Numbered from the stretch's first letter, positions 14,924 to 25,535 are shown. The stretch is DNA of 35,493 nt from Catajapyx aquilonaris (GCA_000934665.2 KZ537957.1:186001-221493), one strand, 5' to 3'. The notes: generated from the sequence alone by a model not told the origin. Program-made: numbers and translations.

Positions 14924-15171
14924 TTCCTGGAGGTGGACCAGGGCTTCCTGGACAAGTCAGCCCCGTCGGTGATCCTTCCTGGCGACACTGTGGCGCCTTT
15001 CTCTACCAAGAACACCCTGTACTCGATGGAGGCCTTCTGGGCACTCCCTCTGGTGCCATCAATGGCTCACATGGATAGCCACCTCTTCCGTGGCCTTTGG
15101 AATCACGCTCTTCTTGGAGACATGGCAGGAAGTGTCAAGCTGTCCTTGGCTTCAGTGCCAACTTTGGAAAG
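14924..15171 (+). CDS. STELLO/DUF288-like gene, internal exon
   Basis: tttcag| acceptor, ag|gtaacc donor. DKSAPSVILPGDTVAPFSTKNTLYSMEAFWALPL...FRGLW matches STELLO 'AP.V.LP.GT..P.N..NTL....AFWAL.LP'. Phases 0 and 2 join both neighbouring exons in frame. Confidence 0.88.
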
Positions 15172-15874
15172 GTAACCCTTGTTTCGTTATCGCGCTCTTT
15201 TGTATGTAAATATTGTAGCAGGTTGCAGAAAGTGGGTAACGGAGGGGAAAATTCCACCGTAACTGCAATTACACAGTTAGTGAGATTTGCATATGGCTCC
15301 GTTTGATAAACAGAGTTTGAAGAAACCTAATTCGTCACATTTTAACGGGTAAGTTATGTCCTCAGGTCTAGTCAAATATAATGCAGACACATTGTCTGCG
15401 GTTGCAATGTAAAGAGCTTCTGGCTCTGCGTCTGCAGAATGGTTAACGACTTTGCAAGGTAAATTCAATGTAAGGCTCTTGCTGCAGGCTATATGTGTGA
15501 AACAAAGTTACTTGGGGAGGCAGGCCCCAGTAAGGTAGGCTCTCAACAATTTTTGCGGCGTTATTTCCCATTTCATGAAATCCAATTGAATGGGCGTGTA
15601 AGCATGAAAGACTTACCATAAAGATACTGGGTGATGCCGTCATAACACTGCAGTGTAGGCTCCCTGGGGCATTACTGTAAAGCACTGTAAAGAGAAGTAA
15701 AGCGTTACCCATAGGTGTTTGAATGGTTATGTGAATAGCCATAAACTACACATTGATGTCAATGCAAACTAGTTTTATACCGCAATCTACATGTTGAAAT
15801 TGTGACAGAAAAAGTTACTGGACTGTCAACTACTGATATAGCTGAAAATTAATATCACTCTTGCCTTGATCCAG

Positions 15875-18092
15875 GTGGTCATCTGAAGTGGCCAATTCAA
15901 CAGCTCTTGAGACTAGTGCAGAGCTGTCATCAGTCCTGCTGAGGTGGCGGTGCAGGACCAGGTCAACCCTCCGATGCCTCCAGCAGCTGTCCAGAGATTT
16001 GCAAGGGTCTGGATTTCTCCATGAAAGAGGTGTCACCTTCTTGGAGGCCTGGGCTGCTGACCTACGCCGGGTGCACTACCTGGAACCACCCATGGTGCCT
16101 AGACGCAGGGGTCATGCCAACCCGTGCCTTGGAGCAGATGGGCTGTACGGTGTGTCCTTCTTCCCAGCCTTGCCTCCAGTCTTGCCATCGCCACAGCAGC
16201 AGATCAGGAGGAACATGACGCTGAGACGGTATGCTGAAAGTGAGAGCCAGCTGGACTGGATCCGGAAGCTGGACCAGGAGCATGATGGGAGGAGGAATGA
16301 GACATACCGCCTCGATGGGGTGGTACCAGAGTCGGAGCTTCTGGAGGTGGCACTGGAGGAAGACGAAGGGGGTCAGAGGGCAAGGGAGGTGGACAATGAT
16401 GAGAGGGTGGAGGAGATTGAGCGGGAGGTGGAGAGGGAGGAAGGAGGATCCGTACTAAGGGAGATGGCTGACAACATGTGCTTAGGATTCTCATCACTGC
16501 TGCCATATCAGCCGACCACTGTTTTCTCCAGCATCCTGCTGGTCGTGGTGTTCACAAACCTCCATTACGATCACATACCAATGTTGGAGGTGATCTACAG
16601 GGCAAATTTTCCCAACATGCTATACTGTGGTGGAAGTGGGGCACCTCCAGAATCCATTGAGATATTCCTGCGCAAGTACCAGTCAGCAGAAAACCGCTCC
16701 TTCTCTTACCTTCCAACGCACTCCAAGGCAAGCTACGAGTGTGTGTTGGGTGCTCTGGAAATGGGATATGATGTTGAGGGATACCTGGTCGTCACTGACG
16801 AGGCATTGCTCAGCACCTGGATGCTGCCAGAGTTGGACCGCAACATGTGGTGGGCAGGATCAACTGCACTGCACAAAGTGTCACGCAAAGAGGCCAAGCT
16901 CCTGGATCCTGCAGGTCAGAAGTTCAAGCGTGGAATGGAAGGAATGCTGTCGGCATGGAAGTTCTTGGCGTACCTGCTTGGAAACAGGGATGCACTGCAT
17001 GATCATAATGTCCACAAGAGAAGTGTGGAAGAAACTGAACCAGTAGGTCGTGAAGTGAATGTATCGGCTGAGGTGCCAAAGGTGGAGGAAGATGCAGCGG
17101 CAGACGTGGTCGTAGTGCAGGAAGAAAGTGACGCTGAATCAGGTCGTGCAGAGGGGGTTCTGAAGCCAGGGGCACCATTTCTGGATCTGCTCCTCACCAG
17201 GTGGGATTCAGGAGAGTCAACTTCTGAACCCAGCTTGCCATCATCATCTGAAAGTCCAACTTCATCTTCATTGCCACCATCTCAAAATGAGTCCATAGTT
17301 GAAGTAGAGATACACGTCCCTCCATACCGCTTGGACAACCAGGAAGAAGGCAGCAAGGTCGAAAAGGAGGATTTACCATCTGAACAAACACCAGAAGATG
17401 AATCTGTAATCATAATTGCACAGCCTGGAATTGAACCAGAAGAGACACCACACAACACCACTCAGGAGGTGCCAGAAGAGGAAGGTTATGATGTGGACAG
17501 AGTGCTCCAAACGCTGCAGGAGATTTACACTGATCTGCTGTCACGTGTTGGGACAGTTGACAGTGCTGAAGATGAGGAGCAGGAAGAGGAGGAGGAGGAA
17601 GAAGAGTATGTCATTGAGGAAGATGGCAGGGTGGCATTCAGGCTGAAACCCCGTGAGTTCCGCCACCTTCGATGCGAGAGGGAAGGACTTGCTGAATTGT
17701 GCACCATACTGCGACGATTTGTACGCCGCCTGGGGAGATCAGTGGGACGCGAGTTACGTCTCTTTTATGACAGTGTACCAGCCTACTACGTTCCTGCAAA
17801 AGCCTCTCGTGGGTTCTACCTTCTAGCAAACATCCTTTTACACCACGGTGTTCTAGACGAGTTGGGTCTTCCTTTGCTATTGAGGGGTCTCACTTCTGGC
17901 AATGAGGGCTGGCTACCCCTCAGCAAAACCAAGTTTGGACTAGATGCATCATCACATATAGACCCCAAGTACCCCCTGTTCAAGGAAGACGCACACTTCC
18001 TGTACCCTGTCAACCTGCACGACATATACACAGATGCACACCTGCAGAAGGTGTTCTGCCTCAAGTACCTGCTGCACGTTCTCAAAACGTGA
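15875..18092 (+). CDS. STELLO/DUF288-like gene, large terminal exon (second domain plus acidic insertions)
   Basis: atccag|g acceptor in frame with the 734-aa ORF. ILLVVVFTNLHYDHIPMLEVIYRANFPNMLYCG and GYLVVTDE resemble the C-terminal half of STELLO-like proteins. Stop TGA ends at 18092. The four exons give about 1016 codons. Confidence 0.85.
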
Positions 18093-18909
18093 TGATTTTA
18101 AAAAGTGAGTTGAAGCTGGGCTTCCGACCTCATGTATTTTTAGAAACAGTTCAATTGACTGGATTATTTTTCAATCCAGGTCTCTGGAACTAGTGAATCA
18201 ATTATAAGTTCCTAACCAGGTGGGAATTGGACCGTTAAGTGGTCGCCAGTATTAACCCATCTGGTGAGGATTGACGGACATAGTTGCACACGCCACCTAT
18301 CACCTACAGAAAAAAGGGGGAAAATCTCACTGTAAAAGTGTGCCAAAAAGTGAAATTAATTTTGCACCATATTATTATTCCACAAGTTCCTGCACACTCA
18401 TGCATCTCCCACGCAGCATCCATGGCGTATTATTTCCCTGCCCCGGACCAAGTACCTACGAATGAAATCAATAGTGATATTTAAGCCGTCCACATCACCC
18501 GAGAGAGTTGACTTGAAGGACGAGCGTTTCTCACACTCACGAATGAAGTGCTTTCTACAGGATAGCTTGTTTGGTTATCCATTTTCTACACCAACTCTCT
18601 CTTTCACCTCTCCCCTCTCCAAAAACTCAAAGATTACTTTGTAAATATTGAAAATGAAAAATAAAAATATTTTATCATTTTTGTGCAGGTTGTAAAACAT
18701 TTATTAAAGAAAACAATGAGGTGAACCTGAGTGTATGGACGGATATAGAGTGTGCATCAATTGTTGGTTTGCAATAAATTGGCCAGTACTTGAGGTAAAA
18801 AGAAATTGACCTGACTGGCAGAAACCGTGGCATCACTTGCATTTGTAGAGCACCATTGATTCTTATGTTGCCAACAGAGACTAATTCGGCATGGGCCAAA
18901 CATAAACGA

Positions 18910-19299
18910 CTACTGTAACACCAGTGTTTCCATCCCAGGCTCCCTCCTAAGTAACTCCATCTGTGCCTGGGCTGTTTTTGCAGCAGTCATGCACCTTTTC
19001 TTGCATTCAAAGAGTTTGGAAACTTCTTCCCACAGCTTCATCTGACGTGCATTTTCTGCATGGCTGTCCCTCACTACTGCTGAGTGTTCCTTCAGAATCA
19101 GGCTCCTCTTTTCTTGCTCGGCGATTTTCTGCAGGTACTTCTCGCGCATGGAGTTCTTCCTGTCACGGACTGTTCCAGACACATACAAGCGCATCTCATC
19201 AGCTGCCTGCTGCTGGCTGGCCTGTAGGATCCGCACCTGAGCCTCCAAGAGATGGTACTGACCCTCGTTATTCAAGATGTCCTGCTCCATCTGACGTAC
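18910..19299 (-). CDS. IFT81: Intraflagellar transport protein 81, exon 4 (last)
   Basis: Acceptor ctgcag| then VRQMEQDIL...SMREKYLQKIAEQEK...QMKLWEEVSKLFECKKRC...ETLVLQ*, matching the IFT81 C-terminus. Confidence 0.93.
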   Translation of the reverse strand, partial: VRQMEQDILNNEGQYHLLEAQVRILQASQQQAADEMRLYVSGTVRDRKNSMREKYLQKIAEQEKRSLILKEHSAVVRDSHAENARQMKLWEEVSKLFECKKRCMTAAKTAQAQMELLRREPGMETLVLQ

Positions 19300-20166
19300 C
19301 TGCAGTAAAGAATAGTGTGAGTCGCAATGCATTGGTCAATTCTAAACATGTTTTTCCAACAAATACTGCATTGTCAATTTCGTATCCATGTCAGAAAAAC
19401 GGAAGCTGTGTGTCAAGTGACTTTCCAAAAATTCTATGTGAAAACATGCCCACAGTGTTGAAGCAATGAGTAAAAAGGCTTTATTTTATTTTTGTACTTA
19501 CTTTATGATGGACATGTTTTCATATGGAAGCAGTAGTTTGTCAGTACAAGCAAGGTTAACTGGTTGTTAGAATCCCCCAATCTGGTGGTAATACCAGCAC
19601 GGCAGCACAAGGTCACAATATGCCAGCGTACGAAAATCATAGGTCCACCAGTCTCGAAACTTTTGGATAGGCTGACCACAAATGAAACAGGGGTCAAAAA
19701 AACAGGAAGTTGAAGTTGTCATGCTGTGATTACAAATACTGGGAAATGATTAGCTGCCATATTAATATCATTTAGAGGGTTTTTTTCTGAGAACTAGTAA
19801 TTTATGCAATTAAGTCACTTTCAGCATTTCTCATTCAAGAAATGACTCGCATAAACCTACTTAACAGCAACTTTTTTTATTTTTCTATTCTTTAGCTAGT
19901 GTCTTACTTAAATCATTAACTATTGATGATTTGGTGTCGGCACTAATTTTTACTTTCACTTTTTTCTTTCAGGAGTGGTTGCACTACCTCCAGAATTTGT
20001 CAGCTAAAAGAGAGGACTAGTTGTTATCAACAGTGAATAACAAATGCTTTGGGCTATTTTTTTCTGGAGGCAGTGCAACCTGACCTAAGTAACCTATCCA
20101 ACAACTAATTACAATATCTTGCTTATTTCATCTGTGCAAATAAATAAATATCTTGCATAATGGTAC

Positions 20167-20862
20167 CTCATTCTCCATCTTAGTCAGATTCAAATCCAGT
20201 CCAGCTGAGACGGTCTCAAATGCTTGTTTCCTCTCATCGTAGTGCATCTGCATCTCCTGCGCCTGCTGCCTGAGTGGACGCAGCTCCTTCAGCACTGGGG
20301 CCAGCCTAGCCTTCCGCTCTGCTATCCTCTGAGTCAGCTGCACCACCAGAGATGACATTTCCTCCAGGGTCTTCCCCTTCACCTGGTCTACATCTGCCTT
20401 CTCTGTGGACACCTTCACCAGCTCCTCCTTAGCATCCCTGAAGCCTTCCACTCCCCGTTGGGACTCCATGGCTGCTAGAGCCGAATTGATGGTCTCCTCC
20501 TTGGTTCTAATTATTTCCAGGGAGCGGACAAGGACTCCATGCTCTGACCTCAGCTCAGACAACTCGGCCCGCTGTTTCTTGTAAACAGAACTTTTGGTTC
20601 GGAGCTTGTTAACGTACAGCTTGAAGTCATCCCCACGGAGAACTGTATCACCCCCAAAGGTCTTGAGCTGCTCCTGCTTCTCATTGGCTTCCTCCTGAAG
20701 GCGGTCCGCCTCCTTCTTGATGCGGTTCAATTCCTCTGCCAGGTTGTCCTTCTTACGGCGGGCAATGGCTGCTTGCTGGCGGAACATGGCCAGCTTGTCC
20801 TCCATCGGGTCATTCCCCATCATGCGCTTCTCGGTCCGGGATGTTATCTCCGCACTCACCTC
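20167..20862 (-). CDS. IFT81: Intraflagellar transport protein 81, exon 3
   Basis: KRMMGNDPMEDKLAMFRQQAAIARRKK, VLRGDDFKLYVNKLRTKSSVYKK, KGKTLEEMS and LAPVLKELRPLRQ are IFT81 signatures. Acceptor gcgcag|, donor gag|gtacca. Confidence 0.95.
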
Positions 20863-21116
20863 CTGCGCAAAGGTGAAAGGTTCCCATAATTAACTCAGAG
20901 GATATCACCAGATTATGATTGCCATATAATTGTTACATCGCAACCATTTCCAGATTGCATAAGTGATAGTCTTGATAATCTGACCTAAATGAGGTCAATA
21001 ACTGGTTCAATGAACTTAATTAGAATGTCAGATTTCCTGAGTATGGGACTGGCCAAAAATTGGCAGCATAACAACTGTTCAGGTAGAACTAGCGATTATA
21101 TTTTCAAAATCCTTGC

Positions 21117-21819
21117 CTGAATCTGCCTGTTAATGTGGTCCACATCTCCTCGTGCAAGAGGTTCAGCAACAACACGATGCAAGGTGGCCACCCTCTTCCG
21201 CTTCTCCGCTATCTCTTTTGGCAGCTTTTCAGCCAGCATGTACCGGTCAACATCCACCTCTTCCTGCAATTTCTGCATGATGGTCTCTGGTGTTGCCCCT
21301 GCCACACTCTTCTTGACATCCTCCAGCTGCCTTTGCAACCGCAGAAGTTTCTGCTCGGCATGCGCATATCCAGCAGTTTGCTCATGCAGTTGGGTTGCAA
21401 GCTCCTTCTCCTTCTCCCTTTCTCTGCGCAACCTACGGGCCACCTCCAGCATGGCGTCCTTGTTAGGAACTCCCTCCACCTTGCGATGCATTCTCTCGAT
21501 CCTCTTCATCACTAGCTCCTTCTCATTCTCCATGGCATCTATATCTTTGCGCAGCTCCCCGGTCGAAAAACCAGAATTGAGCATGGACTCATACTCGCGA
21601 TGCGTAGCCTTGAAGTTCTCAATCAGCATCTCGTACTGCTCGTACAGCTCATCAACATCAATGTCCCCACGCATCTCGTCTGGTACCTCCACCCGCACCA
21701 GGTAACGTGCCAGGTAGGTTCGCTTCTTCAGCTCCGGGATGCGCTGCAGGAGCCACTCCAGTATGGGGTACATGACTTCCTTGTCTGCCTGGACCACACA
21801 CTGCCTGAACTGCGACGCA
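21117..21819 (-). CDS. IFT81: Intraflagellar transport protein 81, exon 2
   Basis: PILEWLLQRIPELKKRTYLARYL and SGFSTGELRKDIDAMENEKE. Acceptor tattccag|, non-canonical donor cag|gcaagg. Confidence 0.93.
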
Positions 21820-21876
21820 CTGGAATAGCAGACGAGTAATGAGAACATGGGATGGGCAGATGCATGCACCACGTAC

Positions 21877-22121
21877 CTGAGGTGCTCCGGTGGCTTGTAC
21901 TTGAGTATCCGCAGCATTTCGAGCATCCTGACTGCTGTGTCCTCTGGCACCTCCTCCCTGATGTCCACCTTGTTCTTTGGGTCAACCTCTGTCAGCACGT
22001 CGTTGAGCACCTGCAGGAGCTGCTCGGTCTGCAGGGCGTCGAAGGAGATGACGTTGAAGTTGGCCCTGTCGAAGGGGGGCTTGGCCAGCTCCCCCACTAT
22101 ATACTTGAGCCTCTCGCCCAT
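21877..22121 (-). CDS. IFT81: Intraflagellar transport protein 81, exon 1 (CH-like domain). Whole CDS 2034 nt = 677 aa
   Basis: MGERLKYIVGELAKPPF...FNVISFDAL...LLQVLNDVL...DIREE...RILKYKPP is the IFT81 N-terminus. Donor ag|gtacgt. An in-frame upstream ATG at 22166 would add MPPPPPPPPTTPSAT. Confidence 0.95.
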
Positions 22122-22265
22122 CGTCGCTGACGGGGTCGTCGGCGGAGGTGGAGGAGGCGGCGGCATCTTCGACCAGCTGGCCTTAGGGGCACACTAGGGG
22201 CCCAACCCGAGGCAAAGAGAGAGGAAGGAATCGAACACCACTTTCGCCACTGGCGGATCGATACG

Positions 22266-22278
22266 GTTTCCAGGCAAC
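22266..22278. promoter_or_regulatory. RFX X-box candidate of the IFT81 promoter
   Basis: GTTTCC-A-GGCAAC about 145 bp upstream of the IFT81 ATG. X-boxes are the established regulatory element of animal ciliary genes. A DRE-like ATCGATA is adjacent (22257-22263). Confidence 0.7.
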
Positions 22279-22399
22279 GATCCACCACTTTAGAGTATGG
22301 TTGGTTCCATTGGCCGGAAGAGGCGCTGGTGGGGTTTGGCCACCTGTTGGAGGTTGGGTGAGGTACGGCCACAGTTATGGCGGCGGGTCTTCTGGAAGC

Positions 22400-23513
22400 A
22401 CTTACAGAAAAACCAAAGTACTGGGCTCCTTCGTGGTAGTCTTTGGTGCATCCGAAGTGAGGGTAACTTTATTCGTGACTGGATGCACCAGCATGTTGTC
22501 AGTTTTTATGTCAAAATGTATCACACCAATGTTTTGCAGTGCAAACGCAACGTCCCGCACCTGTCGGAAAATTTATTTGGCCTCGGATTCCCGTAGTCCT
22601 TGGCGATGCTGGTCGTGGAGGGTGATGGCCCCCACGGGCCTCTCCATGATGAACACCACATCGTCCCCGACTTAAAACACATTATACAATTTCACCGCAC
22701 CCTCCACGTTAGCCACTTTGCTCATTATTGCCGCCTCTACTGGTACGCGGTCCCCACTGCTCTTCCATGTCCACCGCGTCCGCCTTGACGTATTTCCAGG
22801 CAGCAGGCTACATATATGTAGTGTACCGGTAACACTTATCAAGGAAAGGCAGAGGAGAACGTGTCACAGGGGGTGTAAGGAATGAATATTGAGTCGAGAG
22901 TAATTGGAGTAACTGATGTATTGAGGCAAATAGCTGTTACAGAGTGTAATAAGGTGAGAATTGACGAGGATGGGGTAGGTGCAGGAGGAGGAAGAAGGGT
23001 GTCATCTGGACTTCTGGAGTGGGATGAAATCCAGACTATCACTATAGCTAACTCAAAAAGGCAGGGGAAAGCAGGAGGGTGCCCGGGTGCCCAAGAAGCA
23101 TGGGGGTGGCGAGGTCAAGAGAGGATCGTACCGTTGGGTAGTTGAGCAATCAGGGTCGTGACATTCACTGAGGCGGAGTTTTTATGGGATGTAGGGGCAG
23201 GAATTATTGGACTGAATGGTGGAGGGCAATAAATAGGGGGTAGCATGGAAATGGCAGGCTGGTATGTAAGATGGGCAGAAGAAAGGGAGTGGGGTAACGG
23301 ATACCGTTACAGTAGCCAACGCCGCGCCGTCCCCCCGCCATCAACTACCCTCCCGTGGCCCCCTTCCCCCAACTCGACCCCGAGTGTGAACATTTGCTGG
23401 AAGCGTGTTGTGGTCAGCAGATAGGGGTCTTCCTCCACTTCGATGACCACCTCCTCCTCCTCCTCCTCGACGTCAATGACCATCACCACCTATTCCTCCT
23501 CCACGTCGATTAG
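22400..23513 (-). pseudogene. PIM-like Ser/Thr protein kinase pseudogene (no introns seen; frameshifts, stops, LTR insertion)
   Basis: Joined - strand frames read FTLGVELGEGGHGRV (Gly loop) / [LTR] / KYVKADAV..WKSSGDRVPVEAAIMSKV / VKLYNVF*VGDDVVFIMERP (PIM-type ERP hinge) / LRESEAK*IFRQV...IGVIHFDIKTDNMLV (catalytic loop) / frameshifted (D)FGC. The 3' boundary is approximate. Confidence 0.85.
22822..23311. mobile_element. Solo LTR, 490 bp (Gypsy-like by target-site duplication length)
   Basis: Termini TGTACCGGTA...TACCGTTACA (TG..CA, 9/10 inverted match), flanked by a 4-bp duplication GTAG (22818-22821 and 23312-23315). Interrupts the kinase between the Gly loop and the catalytic Lys. Confidence 0.85.
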
Positions 23514-23524
23514 CCTACCTCGGT

Positions 23525-23640
23525 TAATCGATATATCGATTTATTACGAACCGATTATTCGATTTTATCGATTTCTGCCTAAACCGATAAATTGTTTCTT
23601 ATCGATTTGTTCAAAACTATATTTACATCCGATAATTTCG
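23525..23640. promoter_or_regulatory. Cluster of ATCGAT/CCGAT (DRE-like) motifs
   Basis: About 7 ATCGAT/CCGAT words in 115 bp directly upstream of the kinase remnant, with a second cluster containing a perfect TATCGATA at 24575-24630. Could equally be transposon subterminal repeats. Confidence 0.35.
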
Positions 23641-24366
23641 TGTTTTGGTCCTTGTTCAGTAGGCCTACAACAAATTCAAACTTTTTTTTCTACCCTGTGA
23701 AAGGGAGAGGGTGTTTCTAAAAGGCCTTTTCACGCTGATTCCCAATATGAAGGCAGAAGGGGGGGGGGGGACCAATTCTGACTTCATATTCGGCTAATAA
23801 AAACTGGTTTAGGTACAGTAGTGAGCTATCCGTTTGCCTATTTAGAAGAAGAACCTGGAACACATACCTGGCAAGTGTGTTAAGTTTCATATATTTGTAC
23901 TTTGATTAGGTTTTTAAGTAATTTTGACAAACTGGCAAGTTGAAAATTCTCCAAGTATGAAAACTGTGAAGATAATGACTGTGGAATACACTGTATGGGT
24001 AATGGAATGAAGTATTCCCAATGGCAACCTTGCAGCTTCTGTATCAGGCAGGGTGGACTGGTTCTTCAAAAGATGGAATAAAGTTGTTCTGGGAACGTGG
24101 TATCACTGGTATGTTTTAGCTGCAAGTAAATAGCCCATCCTCTTTTCTCGCACAGCCTGAAGTCCATGAGACATATCATCTGGATCACATAGTTTCTCTT
24201 TGCATTTGCATCCTTTCTTCAGCATGTCTTATTTAGCCGTTCAATAGTGTTATGTATTTCAGACAGTCTAATTTACTAGTTTGACAAGTCTACTATATAT
24301 GTCTAGTCTATAGCTACTGTGTGTCCCTGATTCTGTGATTGGCCATGTAAGTTTACTACAACAATG

Positions 24367-24501
24367 ATGCCCGATTGCACCAACGAAATTACCGATTCGA
24401 AAGCTCCTAACGGATCGTTAGCACATGTTAAAAGGTCTACCTAACGCACGATCTGTTAGGATAGCTATCGGATCGGTAATTCAGTTGGTGCAATCAGGCA
24501 T
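24367..24501. mobile_element. MITE-like foldback element
   Basis: About 50-bp imperfect inverted arms (atgcccgattgcaccaac...cggatcgt / acgatctg...gttggtgcaatcaggcat). Confidence 0.65.
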
Positions 24502-24651
24502 GAGAGCATTACCTAGAACCCATTATTACTTCTGTTTAGAGCTGTTCTGCGACAGAAACACAAATAATAGCCAAAATCGATTTTTAATATATCGGTTTCT
24601 TGGATATCGATTCTGCTCCTTATCGATATATTTACAAGTGTGCCCATCACT

Positions 24652-24751
24652 CCACCACAGCAGCCTCTTCCACCACACCCTCTTGCACCACAGCCTCTTG
24701 CACCACACCATCTTGCACCACACCCTCTTGTCCCACACCCTCTTGCGCCAC
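24652..24751. repeat. 15-bp minisatellite (CACCACACCCTCTTG)x~6.5
   Basis: Directly visible tandem units with a few substitutions. Confidence 0.9.
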
Positions 24752-25535
24752 AGCTACAGCCACGTTTGGGCCGGGGGCGTTGACGTCAGCATGAACTTTA
24801 TTTTTGAAGACTCCCTGTGTTTGTACATGCTATACAGCCTCTGACCTGTCTTCCTTAGCGTGCTGGAGACCCGACAGCGTGGCTTTATGGCGGCCGCCAC
24901 CCGATCCCAGAAGCACCCAGGGCTCCCGCAGGACTTTACCGACACAGATGGAGTCACGGCCAAAATTGCCCTGGCCGCCGCGCCGCCACGGCCTCGTCCA
25001 CGGGTATGACCATGCGGCACTTCATGACTACAGAAAAATATATTACTCATTAGTGTGAGGAATGGCATCAGGAAGTCATGGACACTTCCTGGAAAGTGTC
25101 CATGGCTTCCTGTGCAGAAGAAGAAGGAATTAAATATTAGGCCTATATTGGGTCCAGTTTATCAGACGTAGACCACGATGGATATTTGGGGCGAATCGAT
25201 GACAATATATTCTGTCAAAATCAAATAAAAATTCTCGGACATTTTCTGGATGGAAGGTTATAGGTTTTATAAATCGTAATAGCTTACGAACAATTTAAAA
25301 AATTTGGTTTTTAAATTTGTGAGTCATTTTTTAAAAGTCATTTTCAATACGAAACTGCAAATAAGTTTAAAAATTCCTATTTTTACTGTTCCCGGCGCGG
25401 AGGTATAGGCGAGAAGTAGGCTACAGTTGAATCTGGATAAGTAGACTACATGATTTTTCTTACGAGAAATTTCTAACGCTTATTCCTGCGTCCTGGATAG
25501 GGTGAAGGATAATAATATTATTCAGATGTTTCCCA

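Noticed and set aside
21133..22197. + strand ORFs of 116-190 aa
   Set aside because: Antisense shadows of the IFT81 coding exons.
22250..22300. KVVDRCLE as kinase subdomain XI
   Set aside because: It overlaps the X-box and the intervening subdomains are not traceable, so it is likely coincidental.
22194..23518. A 5'-UTR intron of IFT81 enclosing the kinase pseudogene (donor-like site at 23518, acceptor-like site at 22194)
   Set aside because: The X-box at 22266 argues for a proximal promoter, and there is no transcript evidence.
24652..24751. CRISPR-like array
   Set aside because: Contiguous 15-bp units without spacers in a eukaryotic context; an ordinary minisatellite.
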